Positions 38,532 through 47,641 of a DNA stretch of 64,000 bases are shown here, in pieces (the first letter of the stretch is position 1; each line of letters begins with the position of its first letter). The DNA is from Candidatus Eiseniibacteriota bacterium (lineage in GTDB: Bacteria; Eisenbacteria; RBG-16-71-46). The notes beneath the pieces are model-generated. The model had not been told where the DNA came from. It did not search any database and saw only the letters and a program-made list of their open reading frames with translations. Location of the stretch: positions 224,001 through 288,000 of the forward strand of contig JBGAML010000003.1 of assembly GCA_044223005.1 (NCBI GenBank), read 5' to 3'. The position numbers and the translations under genes are program-made.

Positions 38532-40266
38532 TGCGCTGGCCGAATCCGCCGAACGCATCGCCGACGGCGGCACGGTCGACTGGGAGCGCCTGCGCCGCGA
38601 GGCGCCGGGCGAACTCGGCCGGCTCGAATCGCTGAGCCGCCTCGAGCGGCTCGCGACGGCGTGGCGCGAACTCGAAGGTGGCGCGGCGCCCGAGGGTGAC
38701 TCGGCGCCGGAGCCGCTCCTGCGCTGGGGCGATCTCGAGGCGATCGAGCGGCTCGGCGCGGGCAGCTTCGGCGACGTGTACCGCGCGTGGGACCCGGCGC
38801 TGCGGCGCGACGTGGCGCTCAAGCTGCGCCGCGACGGCGCGGCCGGCGATTCCGCGCGGCGCTGGCTCGACGAGGCGCGGCGGCTCGCGCGCGTGCGGCA
38901 CCCGAACGTGCTGCAGGTGTTCGGCGTCGACGTGCGCGACGGCATCGCCGGCCTCTGGACCGAACTCGTGCACGGCGAGACGCTCGAGCAGCTGCTGCTC
39001 GCGCGCGGCCGGTTCGGGGCCGAGGAGGCCGCGGCGATCGGGCGCGAACTCTGCCGCGCGCTCGCCGCGGTGCACGCCGCGGGGCTCGTGCACGGCGATC
39101 TCAAGCCGGGCAACGTCATGCGCGAGGACGGCGGCCGCATCGTGCTCATGGACTTCGGCTCCGGCTTCGAGCCCGACGACGCGGCGGCACCGGTGGCGAC
39201 CTCGCCGCTCGCGGCGGCGCCCGAGCGGCTCGCGGGTGATCCGGCGGGCCCCGCGTCGGATCTCTACTCGCTCGGCGTACTGCTCTTCCGGCTCGTCACC
39301 GCACGCTGGCCGGTCGAGGCCCCGACGCTCGAGGCGCTGCGCGCGCGGCACGCGGCGGGCGAGCGCGCGTCGCTGCGCGAGTTGCGCCCCGACCTGCCGA
39401 GCGCGTTCGTCGCCGCGGTCGAGTCCGCGCTCGCCGCCGACCCGGCGCGCCGCGTGGCCACGGCGGCGGACCTGGAGCGGCGACTGGGCGGCGCCGCGGC
39501 GCCGGTGCCGGCGCCGCCACGCGCGCAGCCGCGGGTGCGCGCGCGTGGCGTCGCCGCGTTCGCGGCGGTGGCCGCACTCGTCGCGGTCGCGTGGTTCGCG
39601 TGGCGTCCGCGGCCCGAGCTCCCGGCCCCCGCCGTCACGCGCGACGCCGCCGTCGCGACGCCCACGTCCGCGCCGGCGCCGGTGACGCCCGCGGCTCCGG
39701 TGTCCGGTCGTTCGCGCCCGCTCGCCGACGCGCGGCTCTGGCGGCTGCACGAGGGCGAACGCGAAGGGCTCTCGAGCGGTGGCGCCATCGCGCCCGGAGA
39801 CCACCTCTGGCTCGCGTACGAGGCCACGGAGCCGCTGCACGTCTACGTGCTCGACGAGGACGACCACGGCGAGACGTACGCGCTCTTTCCCGTCGCGGGG
39901 ACCGATCTCGCGAACCCGCTGCGCGCGCATCGCGCGTTGCGGCTGCCGGGCTCGCGCGAAGGTCGCGAGTTCGACTGGGTCGTGACGAGCGCCGGCGGGC
40001 GCGAGCAAGTGCTCGTCGTCGCGTCGCGCGTGCCGCTGCCCGTGCTGGACCGGCTCGTCGCCGCGGTGCCCGCCGCCGATTCCGCGCAGCCCGTGCGGTA
40101 CGCGGCCGTGGGCGAGGGCGCGATCGCGGCGCTGCGCGGCATCGGCGGCATGGCGCCGGCTCCGCCCGAAGCGCACGAGGGGCGCCTGGGCGCGCTGGCC
40201 CGCGAACTCGCGGCCCGGCCCGACTCGAGCGTCCGGGCGTGGCACCTGGTGCTCGCCGGGAAGTGA
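38512..40266 (+). CDS. Hanks-type Ser/Thr kinase + TM + C-terminal DUF4384-like domain
   Basis: LGAGSFGDVY, VALK, HPNV, HGDLKPGN, DFG, APE, SDLYSLG; TM GVAAFAAVAALVAVAWFAW; PGDHLWL...HVYVLDED..G..YALFP...GREQVLVVAS. Confidence 0.85.
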   Translation: MSTENPDALAESAERIADGGTVDWERLRREAPGELGRLESLSRLERLATAWRELEGGAAPEGDSAPEPLLRWGDLEAIERLGAGSFGDVYRAWDPALRRDVALKLRRDGAAGDSARRWLDEARRLARVRHPNVLQVFGVDVRDGIAGLWTELVHGETLEQLLLARGRFGAEEAAAIGRELCRALAAVHAAGLVHGDLKPGNVMREDGGRIVLMDFGSGFEPDDAAAPVATSPLAAAPERLAGDPAGPASDLYSLGVLLFRLVTARWPVEAPTLEALRARHAAGERASLRELRPDLPSAFVAAVESALAADPARRVATAADLERRLGGAAAPVPAPPRAQPRVRARGVAAFAAVAALVAVAWFAWRPRPELPAPAVTRDAAVATPTSAPAPVTPAAPVSGRSRPLADARLWRLHEGEREGLSSGGAIAPGDHLWLAYEATEPLHVYVLDEDDHGETYALFPVAGTDLANPLRAHRALRLPGSREGREFDWVVTSAGGREQVLVVASRVPLPVLDRLVAAVPAADSAQPVRYAAVGEGAIAALRGIGGMAPAPPEAHEGRLGALARELAARPDSSVRAWHLVLAGK

Positions 40267-40328
40267 TCCCGGCCGGCCCCGTCGATTTCGCGCTTCGGGC
40301 GGCCGTTTCCCGCCGATAATCTCTCGCG

Positions 40329-43300
40329 ATGCGTCTCGCCACGTTCCTGATCGTGCTGGCCCTCGCCGGAGCGGCACCCGCCGCGGCCCGGGCCAGCCGT
40401 GCGCCGTCGGATTCGCTCGCCTTCCGCCCGATCTCGCGGGTGGCGCGCTTCGTCGGATCGGCGAAGCGCGGACAGTGGACGGTGATGGACAGCCTCGCGC
40501 GCGCGGACTGGCAGGAACTCGTGCGCCGCGGGACGCGTGACTCGCTCGAGGTCGCTCGTGCCCTCGACGCCGTCGTCGAAGCCGGAGCCGCGGCGGGGCG
40601 CGCGCGCGACCCGCAGTTGCTGGCACTCGCCGACCGGGCCGTCGCGATCCACCAGCGGATGCCGGGGCCGGATTCGCTCCTCCTGTCGCGCTCGCTCCTC
40701 GCCCGCGGCGAGACGCGTCGCCGCCGCCGCGAGTTCGAGGAGGCGGAGAGCGACTTCGCCCGCAGCCTCGCGATCCGGGAACATGCGCTGCCCGCGGACG
40801 ACATCGAAGTCGGCGACGCGCTGCGGTTCTGGGCCCTGCTCGACGCGATCCGTGGGCGCAATCGTGCGGTGAGCGAGGCCCGCCGGGCACTCGCGATCGC
40901 GGAGAAGTACTTCGGCCCGGACGACATGCGCCTGGCGAGCTACCTCTCGGTGCTCGGAGGCGAGCTCAACAACGACGGTGACCGGCTCGCCGCCTACCAC
41001 GTGCTCCAGCGCTCGGCCACGATGGCGGAACGCATGCTCGGCCCGGATCACCCCGACACGGACCGCAGCCGCTACAACGTCGCCCTGCTCGCGATGCTGG
41101 TCGGCGACGTGGCCCACGCCCGCACGATGCTGGAGCGCAACGTCGAGTGGGAGTCGACCCACGCGCCGGTGGATTCGCTCCGGCTGCTCCTGTCGCTCGG
41201 TGCGCTCGTCGAGTGCCTCAACACATTCGGGGACCACGAGGAGGCGCTGCGGGTCGACCAGCGCGTTCGCGCGCTCGGTACCGTGTTGCTCCGCCCCGAC
41301 GATCCGCAACGCGCCGAGGAGCATGTCCAGCGCGGGAACGCGTTCCTCGGGCTCGGCCGCGGGCGAGAGGCGGTGGCCGAGTACGACAGCGCGTTCGTGG
41401 GGCAGATGTGGGACACGCTGGGCGCGACGCCGATCCTGTTCTCCCGCGCGGCGGCGTGGCGCGCGGCCGGCGACACGGCACGTGCGCTCGAGACGATCGA
41501 ACGCGCCTCCCGGCTCGCCGCGCGGGCCGGCGCGCGGGCACCCTCCTTCGACGAGCTGGGCCTCGTGTGGGGACAGGTGCTGGGCGATGCCGGGCGGTTC
41601 CCCGAAGCCCTGAAGGTGCTGGACCAGGCGGTGCAGGTGGCGGACAGCGTCGTCGGGCCGGAGTCCCCGATGCACGCCTCGCTGGTGCTCGAACGGGCGC
41701 GCGTGCGCGCCGCGGTCGGCGACCCGCGCGCGTGGGACGACGCGTGGGCGGGCGCCCGGTTGCGCGGCGAGCACCTGCGTGCGGCCGCGCGCGGCTTCCC
41801 CGAGCGCCAGGCGCTGCTCTACGCGCGTGACGCGGGGCTCGGGCTCGATCCGCTGCTGCAGCTCGCCGCCGCGGGCGGGCTCGACGCCGGCCGGCGCCGG
41901 CAGGTGTTCGAACGCGTCGTGGAATCACGCGCGCTCGTGCTCGACGAGATCGCGCGGCGCGAACAGCTCGCGCGGCGCGGCGGTGATCCCGGCGTCGCCG
42001 CGCGCGTCGATTCGCTCGTCGACGCCCGGGCCGAGCTGGCGCGGCAGCTCGTGCGCGCCGAGGCGGGCCGGACCGCGGATTCGTTGCGGCTCGAGGCGCG
42101 CCTGCGCGCCGAACGCTGCGAGCTCGCGCTCGGCGAAGCGGGCGGCGCCGGCCGCGACGGCGCGGGATCGCCGCTCGCACGGCTCGCCGCCGGCGAGGCG
42201 ATCGTCTCGTACGTCGAATACGCCGGGGCCGGCGGCCGTCGCGACGGCGACCGGCGGCTGCTCGCGATGGTGGCCCGCGCCGACGGGCGCGTGGACGTCG
42301 TGGCGCTCGGCGACGCGGCGGCGCTCGAACGCGGCGTCGCCGCGTGGCGCGCCGACGTCGCGGGAGGCGTGAGCGTCGCGGCCGAGCGGCGCGTGCGCAC
42401 GAGCGGCGCGGCGTTGCGCCGGCTCGCGTGGGATCCGCTCGCCCCGCTGCTCTCGGGCGTGGAGCGCGCGTGGATCGTGCCCGACGGTCCGCTCCAACTG
42501 GTCGACTTCGCGGCGCTGCCCGCGCGCGACGGGCGCTGGCTCGTGGAATCGGGCCCGCTGCTCGCGCGGCTGGGCGCCGAGCGCGACCTCGCCGCGCCCG
42601 CGGGCGCCGCGGAGACGGACGCCGCGGAGCTGCTCGCGATCGGCGGCCCGGACTTCGACCAGCGCGACGCCGCGACGCCGGTCTCGGCGACGCGCGGCCC
42701 GGCGGTCGCGTGCGTCCGCTTCCGCGAGGTGCGGTTCGGGGCGCTGCCCGGGGCGTCGGAGGAAGCGCACGACGTCGCGTCGCGCTGGACGGCGGCGGGC
42801 CGGCGCGCGCGCGTGCTCGAGGGCCGCGCGGCGGACGAAGCCGCGTTCAAGCGGTTCGCGCCGGAGTGCTCGGCGCTGCACGTGGCGACGCACGGCTTCT
42901 TCCTCGGCCCCGACTGCGACGGCGGCACCGCCGGGACGCGCGGCATCGGCGGGCTCGCGCCCGCACCCGCGGCGGCGCTCGCGCCGGTCGCGGCGGACGT
43001 GGCCGAGAACCCGCTGCGGCTCGCCGGGCTCGCGTTCTCGGGCGCCAACCATCGCGACGAAGCCGGTGGCGCCGACGACGGCGTGCTCACCGCCGAGGAG
43101 ATCGCGTCGCTCGATCTCGCGCGCGTGAGCGAAGTCGTGTTGTCGGCGTGCGAAAGCGGCGTGGGCGACGTCGCCGCGGGCGAGGGCGTCCTCGGCCTGC
43201 AGCGCGCGTTCCGCGTCGCGGGCGCGCGGGCGCTCGTCATGAGCCTGTGGCCGGTGGACGACCACGTCGCACGCGACTGGATGCGGCTCTACTGGGACGC

Positions 43301-43433
43301 GCGGCTGTCGCGCCACGTCACCGTCGCGGAGGCCGTCCGCGCCGCGTCGCGCGCCCGGCTCGCGGCGCTGCGAGCCGCGCACCGGCCCACGCCGCCCGCG
43401 GCCTGGGCGGGCTTCGTCTCGCAGGGCGACTGA
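40329..43433 (+). CDS. Exported TPR-CHAT (caspase-like) protease
   Basis: Signal peptide MRLATFLIVLALAGAAPAAARA; kinesin-light-chain-type TPRs (LGPDHPD); IVPDGPL, LHVATHGFF (His), VVLSACESG (Cys), SLWPVDD, WAGF. Confidence 0.9.
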   Translation: MRLATFLIVLALAGAAPAAARASRAPSDSLAFRPISRVARFVGSAKRGQWTVMDSLARADWQELVRRGTRDSLEVARALDAVVEAGAAAGRARDPQLLALADRAVAIHQRMPGPDSLLLSRSLLARGETRRRRREFEEAESDFARSLAIREHALPADDIEVGDALRFWALLDAIRGRNRAVSEARRALAIAEKYFGPDDMRLASYLSVLGGELNNDGDRLAAYHVLQRSATMAERMLGPDHPDTDRSRYNVALLAMLVGDVAHARTMLERNVEWESTHAPVDSLRLLLSLGALVECLNTFGDHEEALRVDQRVRALGTVLLRPDDPQRAEEHVQRGNAFLGLGRGREAVAEYDSAFVGQMWDTLGATPILFSRAAAWRAAGDTARALETIERASRLAARAGARAPSFDELGLVWGQVLGDAGRFPEALKVLDQAVQVADSVVGPESPMHASLVLERARVRAAVGDPRAWDDAWAGARLRGEHLRAAARGFPERQALLYARDAGLGLDPLLQLAAAGGLDAGRRRQVFERVVESRALVLDEIARREQLARRGGDPGVAARVDSLVDARAELARQLVRAEAGRTADSLRLEARLRAERCELALGEAGGAGRDGAGSPLARLAAGEAIVSYVEYAGAGGRRDGDRRLLAMVARADGRVDVVALGDAAALERGVAAWRADVAGGVSVAAERRVRTSGAALRRLAWDPLAPLLSGVERAWIVPDGPLQLVDFAALPARDGRWLVESGPLLARLGAERDLAAPAGAAETDAAELLAIGGPDFDQRDAATPVSATRGPAVACVRFREVRFGALPGASEEAHDVASRWTAAGRRARVLEGRAADEAAFKRFAPECSALHVATHGFFLGPDCDGGTAGTRGIGGLAPAPAAALAPVAADVAENPLRLAGLAFSGANHRDEAGGADDGVLTAEEIASLDLARVSEVVLSACESGVGDVAAGEGVLGLQRAFRVAGARALVMSLWPVDDHVARDWMRLYWDARLSRHVTVAEAVRAASRARLAALRAAHRPTPPAAWAGFVSQGD

Positions 43434-43503
43434 CGCGGCGCGGGGCCGCCGCGCGGCTCCGCTGTGGTAGGCTTCCCGGCCGCATCGCACCCGAGGAGTC
43501 GCC

Positions 43504-44832
43504 ATGTTCGAGACGCTCACCGACCGCTTCCAGGGCATCATCCGCAACCTCAGCGGCCAGGCCCGGATCACGCCCGACAACATCCGCGACTCGATGCGCG
43601 AGGTGCGCCGGGCGCTGCTCGAGGCCGACGTGCCGGTCGGCGTCGCCAAGGAGTTCGTGGCGCGTGTCGAGACGCGCGCGGTGGGCGAGGAGGTGCTCAA
43701 GCACCTCAAGCCCGGCCAGCAGGTGGTCGGGATCGTGCGCGACGAACTGGTGCGGCTGCTCGGCGACCAGCCGGTGACGCTCGCGGGTTCGCCGCACCTG
43801 CCGACGGTCGTGCTGCTCGCGGGCCTGCAGGGCTCGGGCAAGACGACGTTCGCGGGCAAGCTCGCGAAGTGGCTCAAGGCTCGCGGCAAGCGCACGCTGC
43901 TCGCGAGCGCCGACGTCTACCGTCCCGCCGCGATCGACCAGCTCGAGCGCGTCGCGGCGCAGGCCGAGGCGGGCTTCTGGCGCGCGCCCGACGGCACGCC
44001 GCCGCGCGACATCGCGGCGCAGGCGCTGGAGGAGGCGCGCAAGCGCGGCTTCGACTTCTTCGTGCTCGACACCGCGGGCCGCCTGCACGTCGACGACGAG
44101 CTCATGAGCGAGCTCGCGACGCTCAAGACCACGGCGCGCGCACACCAGGTGCTGCTCGTGGTCGACGGCATGATCGGGCAGGAGTCCGTGCGCGTCGGCC
44201 AGGCGTTCGCCGAGCGCGTGGGTGTGGACGGGCTCGTGCTCACCAAGATGGACGGCGACGCGCGCGGCGGCGCCGCGCTCAGCCTGCGCGAGGTGACGGG
44301 CAAGCCGATCCTGTTCCTCGGCGTCGGCGAGAAACTGGAAGGCCTCGAGGTGTTCGACGCCGGCCGGCTCGCCGGCCGCATCCTCGGCATGGGCGACGTG
44401 ATCGGCCTCGTCGAGAAGGCGCAGGCCGCCGTCTCCGAGGGCGAGGCACTGCGCATGGCGGAGCGCATGCGCAAGTCCGAGTTCACGCTCGAGGACTTCC
44501 TCGAGCAGCTGCGCTCGGTGCGCAAGCTCGGCCCTCTCGAGGACGTGATCAAGATGCTGCCCGGCGTGCCGCGCGACGCGGCCGAGAAGCTCGGGCCGCA
44601 GAAGGACATGATGAAGCGCTACGAGGCGATCCTGCTCTCGATGACGCTCAAGGAGCGGCGCAACGCCCGCGTGATCGACGGCAGTCGCCGCCGCCGGATC
44701 GCCGCGGGCAGCGGCACCACGGTCACCGACGTGAACCGCCTGCTCAAGGACTTCGAGCAGGCGCGCGTGATGATGAAGGCCCTGAAGAAGGGCCCGCGGG
44801 GACTCGCCGGCCTGCGCGGCCGGATGCGCTGA
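43504..44832 (+). CDS. ffh: Signal recognition particle protein Ffh
   Basis: GLQGSGKTT, DVYRPAA, DTAGR, TKMDGDARGG, RILGMGD, M-domain SRRRRIA. Confidence 0.97.
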   Translation: MFETLTDRFQGIIRNLSGQARITPDNIRDSMREVRRALLEADVPVGVAKEFVARVETRAVGEEVLKHLKPGQQVVGIVRDELVRLLGDQPVTLAGSPHLPTVVLLAGLQGSGKTTFAGKLAKWLKARGKRTLLASADVYRPAAIDQLERVAAQAEAGFWRAPDGTPPRDIAAQALEEARKRGFDFFVLDTAGRLHVDDELMSELATLKTTARAHQVLLVVDGMIGQESVRVGQAFAERVGVDGLVLTKMDGDARGGAALSLREVTGKPILFLGVGEKLEGLEVFDAGRLAGRILGMGDVIGLVEKAQAAVSEGEALRMAERMRKSEFTLEDFLEQLRSVRKLGPLEDVIKMLPGVPRDAAEKLGPQKDMMKRYEAILLSMTLKERRNARVIDGSRRRRIAAGSGTTVTDVNRLLKDFEQARVMMKALKKGPRGLAGLRGRMR

Positions 44833-44911
44833 GGGCGAGGTGGCTGGTGGCGCACCCTGAAAAGCGCTCGAATTCGCGACTTTTCGCTCCTCGTGACCCA
44901 CGGACCCGCGT

Positions 44912-44940
44912 TTGCAAAACCCCCCAGTAACATGCACAAT
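44912..44940 (+). promoter_or_regulatory. Sigma70-like promoter for rpsP
   Basis: TTGCAA-N17-CACAAT in an AT-richer patch. Confidence 0.6.
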
Positions 44941-45080
44941 GCCGGGCCTTTGCGGGGACCGCGGGCGCGCTCCCCGGTGTGATGCGCGCCACGTCGATCG
45001 CGAGTCCGCCGAAGTCACGAACTGATCACGTCTGGACGGGCCCCGAGGCCCGGTTTCACCTCACCCGGAGGCAGTACAGC

Positions 45081-45488
45081 ATGGCGGTCGTCATTCGCAT
45101 GATGCGGGCCGGCGCGAAGAAGCGGCCCTTCTACCGTGTCGTGGTCGCCGATTCGCGGCGCCAGCGCGATGGTCGTTTCGTCGAGATCCTCGGCTACTAC
45201 GACCCGATCGCGAAGCCCTTCAACTTCAAGATCGACGAAGAGAAGGTCAAGGGCTGGATCGCGCAGGGGGCCACGCCGTCGGAGCAGGTCGCATCGCTGC
45301 TCCGCCGCAACGGCATCTACGCGTCGCGTCCGAGCAAGCCGCAGGCGAAGAAGGCCGCGGCCCCCGCGCGCAAGAAGCCGGTCAAGCCTTCGAAGCCCAA
45401 GAAGGAAACCGACCGCAAGGCCAAGAACAAGGCCGCGCGCGTGAAGAAGAAGGCCAACCCCAAGAAGCCGCAGCCCAAGAAGAAGTAG
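45081..45488 (+). CDS. rpsP: 30S ribosomal protein S16 with Lys-rich tail
   Basis: [37 protein letters not shown]. Confidence 0.96.
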   Translation: MAVVIRMMRAGAKKRPFYRVVVADSRRQRDGRFVEILGYYDPIAKPFNFKIDEEKVKGWIAQGATPSEQVASLLRRNGIYASRPSKPQAKKAAAPARKKPVKPSKPKKETDRKAKNKAARVKKKANPKKPQPKKK

Positions 45489-45685
45489 TCCGCCGCGGCG
45501 CTCCGCGCCGCGCGAGCGATCGACGCCCCGGTTCCCACGTGGAGCCGGGGCGATTGCTTGGGCGTGCGCGATCGCTCGTGCGGGGCCCCGCGCGGAGCGG
45601 CGTGACGGAGCCGCGCCCGGCCTGCGCAGGCGCGAGAGCGCGGGCTCGCTTGCCCGCGCGGCGTGCGCCCCGGCATAGTGGGCGC

Positions 45686-46081
45686 ATGCGTTGGTTCTCT
45701 CTCAGGCTCCCGCTCGCGGGCGGCGCTCGCGGGCTGCTCGCACTGCCGCTGCTGGCTCTCGCGCTGCTCGCCGGCTGCTCGCGTCCGCAGGCGGCGTCGA
45801 CGCCCGCCGCGCGGCCCGACTCGGTGGCCCTGCAGGCGCGCTCGCAGGCGTTGATCGATTCGGGCAACGCCAGCTTCAAGGCGAAGGACTTCGACGCCGC
45901 CGCGCGCCGCTACGCGAGCGCCGTCGCGATCAAGTCCGACGACCCGGCCGCCTACTACGGCCTCGGCATGGCGCTCTCGCGCCTCGGCCGCGACGAGGAA
46001 GCCCGCGCCGCCTACGCCAAGGCCCGCACGCTGCTCGGCCGCGGCGGCGACACGCTGGGGATGAGCACGCACCAGCGCTGA
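45686..46081 (+). CDS. TPR lipoprotein
   Basis: Lipobox LLAGC; GNASFKAKDFDAAARRY, AYYGLGMAL. Confidence 0.75.
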   Translation: MRWFSLRLPLAGGARGLLALPLLALALLAGCSRPQAASTPAARPDSVALQARSQALIDSGNASFKAKDFDAAARRYASAVAIKSDDPAAYYGLGMALSRLGRDEEARAAYAKARTLLGRGGDTLGMSTHQR

Positions 46082-46311
46082 TCCGCGCGAGCGCCGGCGC
46101 CGCGCTCCCGACCCGCCACGCGCGCACGCCGACGCCGCGTTCCCGGCCCGACGCGCCGAGAGCGCCGTGACGCGGGCGGCCCATCGCGCGCCCGCGGTTC
46201 CCGGCCGCGGCGGTCCCGCTTGCGGCAAACAGCGCTTTCTTGTTTGCTCTCGCGGTCCGTCGCACGTACGCGTGGCGCGCGCCGCGCCGACCCGAACCCC
46301 GGCTGGAACCC

Positions 46312-47592
46312 ATGCTCGACCTCAAGTTCCTGCGCACCCATCGCGACAAAGTCGAAGCCGGCATCGCCCTCAAGGGCATGACCGTCGACCTGTCGCGCTT
46401 CTACCAGATCGAAGAGCGCCGGCTCGCGCTGCTGCACGAGACCGAGCAGCTCAAGGCGCGGCGCAACTCGGCCAGCGAAGAGATCGCCACGCTCAAGAAG
46501 ACCGGGAAGGACGCCTCCGGTCCCATCGCCGAGATGCGCACGCTCGGCGATCGCGTGAAGGAACTCGACGAGCAGCTGCGCCAGCTCGAGGAGGAGAGCA
46601 CCAACCTCGCCGCGTGGATCCCGAACCTGCCGCATGCCAGCGTGCCGCCCGGCCAGGACGCCACGCAGAACCAGCTCGTGCGGCAGGTCGGCGAGCCGCC
46701 CAAGTTCGACTTCGAGCCCAAGCCGCACTGGGAGCTCGCCACGAACCTCGGCCTGCTCGACTTCGAGCGCGCCACCAAGATCGCCGGCTCCGGGTTCCTG
46801 CTGTTCACCGGGCGAGGGGCGCGGCTCGAGCGGGCGCTGATCAGCTTCATGCTCGACATGCACACCACGAAGCACGGCTACACCGAGTACTCGCCGCCGC
46901 ACGTCATCCGGCGCGCCGCGCTGCACGGCACCGGCCAGCTGCCCAAGCTCGAAGGCGACATGTATCACATCGGTGAGGACGACCTGTTCCTCAACCCGAC
47001 CGCCGAGGTGCCCGTCACGAACATCTGGCGCGAGGAGATCCTCGAACCCGGCAAGCTGCCGCACTACGCGACCGCGTACTGCGCGTCGTACCGGCGCGAG
47101 GCCGGTGCCGCCGGGCGCGACACGCGTGGCATGGTGCGCGTGCACCAGTTCGACAAGGTCGAGCTCGTCAAGATCGTGCCCGCGGAGACCAGCTACGACG
47201 AGCATGAAAAGCTCGCGCGCGACGTCGCCGACGTGTTCGAGGCGCTGGAACTGCCGTATCGCGTCGTGCTGCTCTGCAGCGGCGACATGAGTTTCGCCGC
47301 CGCCAAGTGCTACGACTTCGAAGTCTGGTCGCCGGGCACGCAGGGCTGGCTCGAGTGCTCGTCGTGCTCGAACTTCGAGGACTTCCAGGCGCGCCGCATG
47401 GGGCTCCGCTATCGCCGCGAAGCCGGGGCGAAGACCGAGTTCCCGCACACGCTGAACGCGTCGGGCGTCGCGCTGCCGCGCACGTTCGCGACGCTGCTCG
47501 AGAACCACCAGACGGCTTCGGGTTCGGTGCGCATCCCGAAGGCGCTGCAACCCTACCTCGGCGGCCTGCAGGAACTGACGCCCGAGGGCTGA
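46312..47592 (+). CDS. serS: Serine-tRNA ligase
   Basis: MLDLKFLR, PTAEVP, YRREAG...RVHQFDKVE, SSCSN, HTLNASG. Confidence 0.97.
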   Translation: MLDLKFLRTHRDKVEAGIALKGMTVDLSRFYQIEERRLALLHETEQLKARRNSASEEIATLKKTGKDASGPIAEMRTLGDRVKELDEQLRQLEEESTNLAAWIPNLPHASVPPGQDATQNQLVRQVGEPPKFDFEPKPHWELATNLGLLDFERATKIAGSGFLLFTGRGARLERALISFMLDMHTTKHGYTEYSPPHVIRRAALHGTGQLPKLEGDMYHIGEDDLFLNPTAEVPVTNIWREEILEPGKLPHYATAYCASYRREAGAAGRDTRGMVRVHQFDKVELVKIVPAETSYDEHEKLARDVADVFEALELPYRVVLLCSGDMSFAAAKCYDFEVWSPGTQGWLECSSCSNFEDFQARRMGLRYRREAGAKTEFPHTLNASGVALPRTFATLLENHQTASGSVRIPKALQPYLGGLQELTPEG

Positions 47593-47641
47593 GCGGGAGC
47601 GGGCCGGCCCCACGGTCGGCCCGCCGCACCCAGGAGAGCCG

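Noticed and set aside
37817..43503. CHAT cassette as a recently mobile island
   Set aside because: No integrase, transposase, tRNA or flanking direct repeats seen, and composition looks like the rest of the window
44833..45080. SRP RNA (ffs) beside ffh
   Set aside because: I could not find the conserved helix-8 GNRA loop with CAGG/AGCA internal-loop motif
46082..46311. T-box leader for serS
   Set aside because: No T-box consensus or terminator/antiterminator pair is visible
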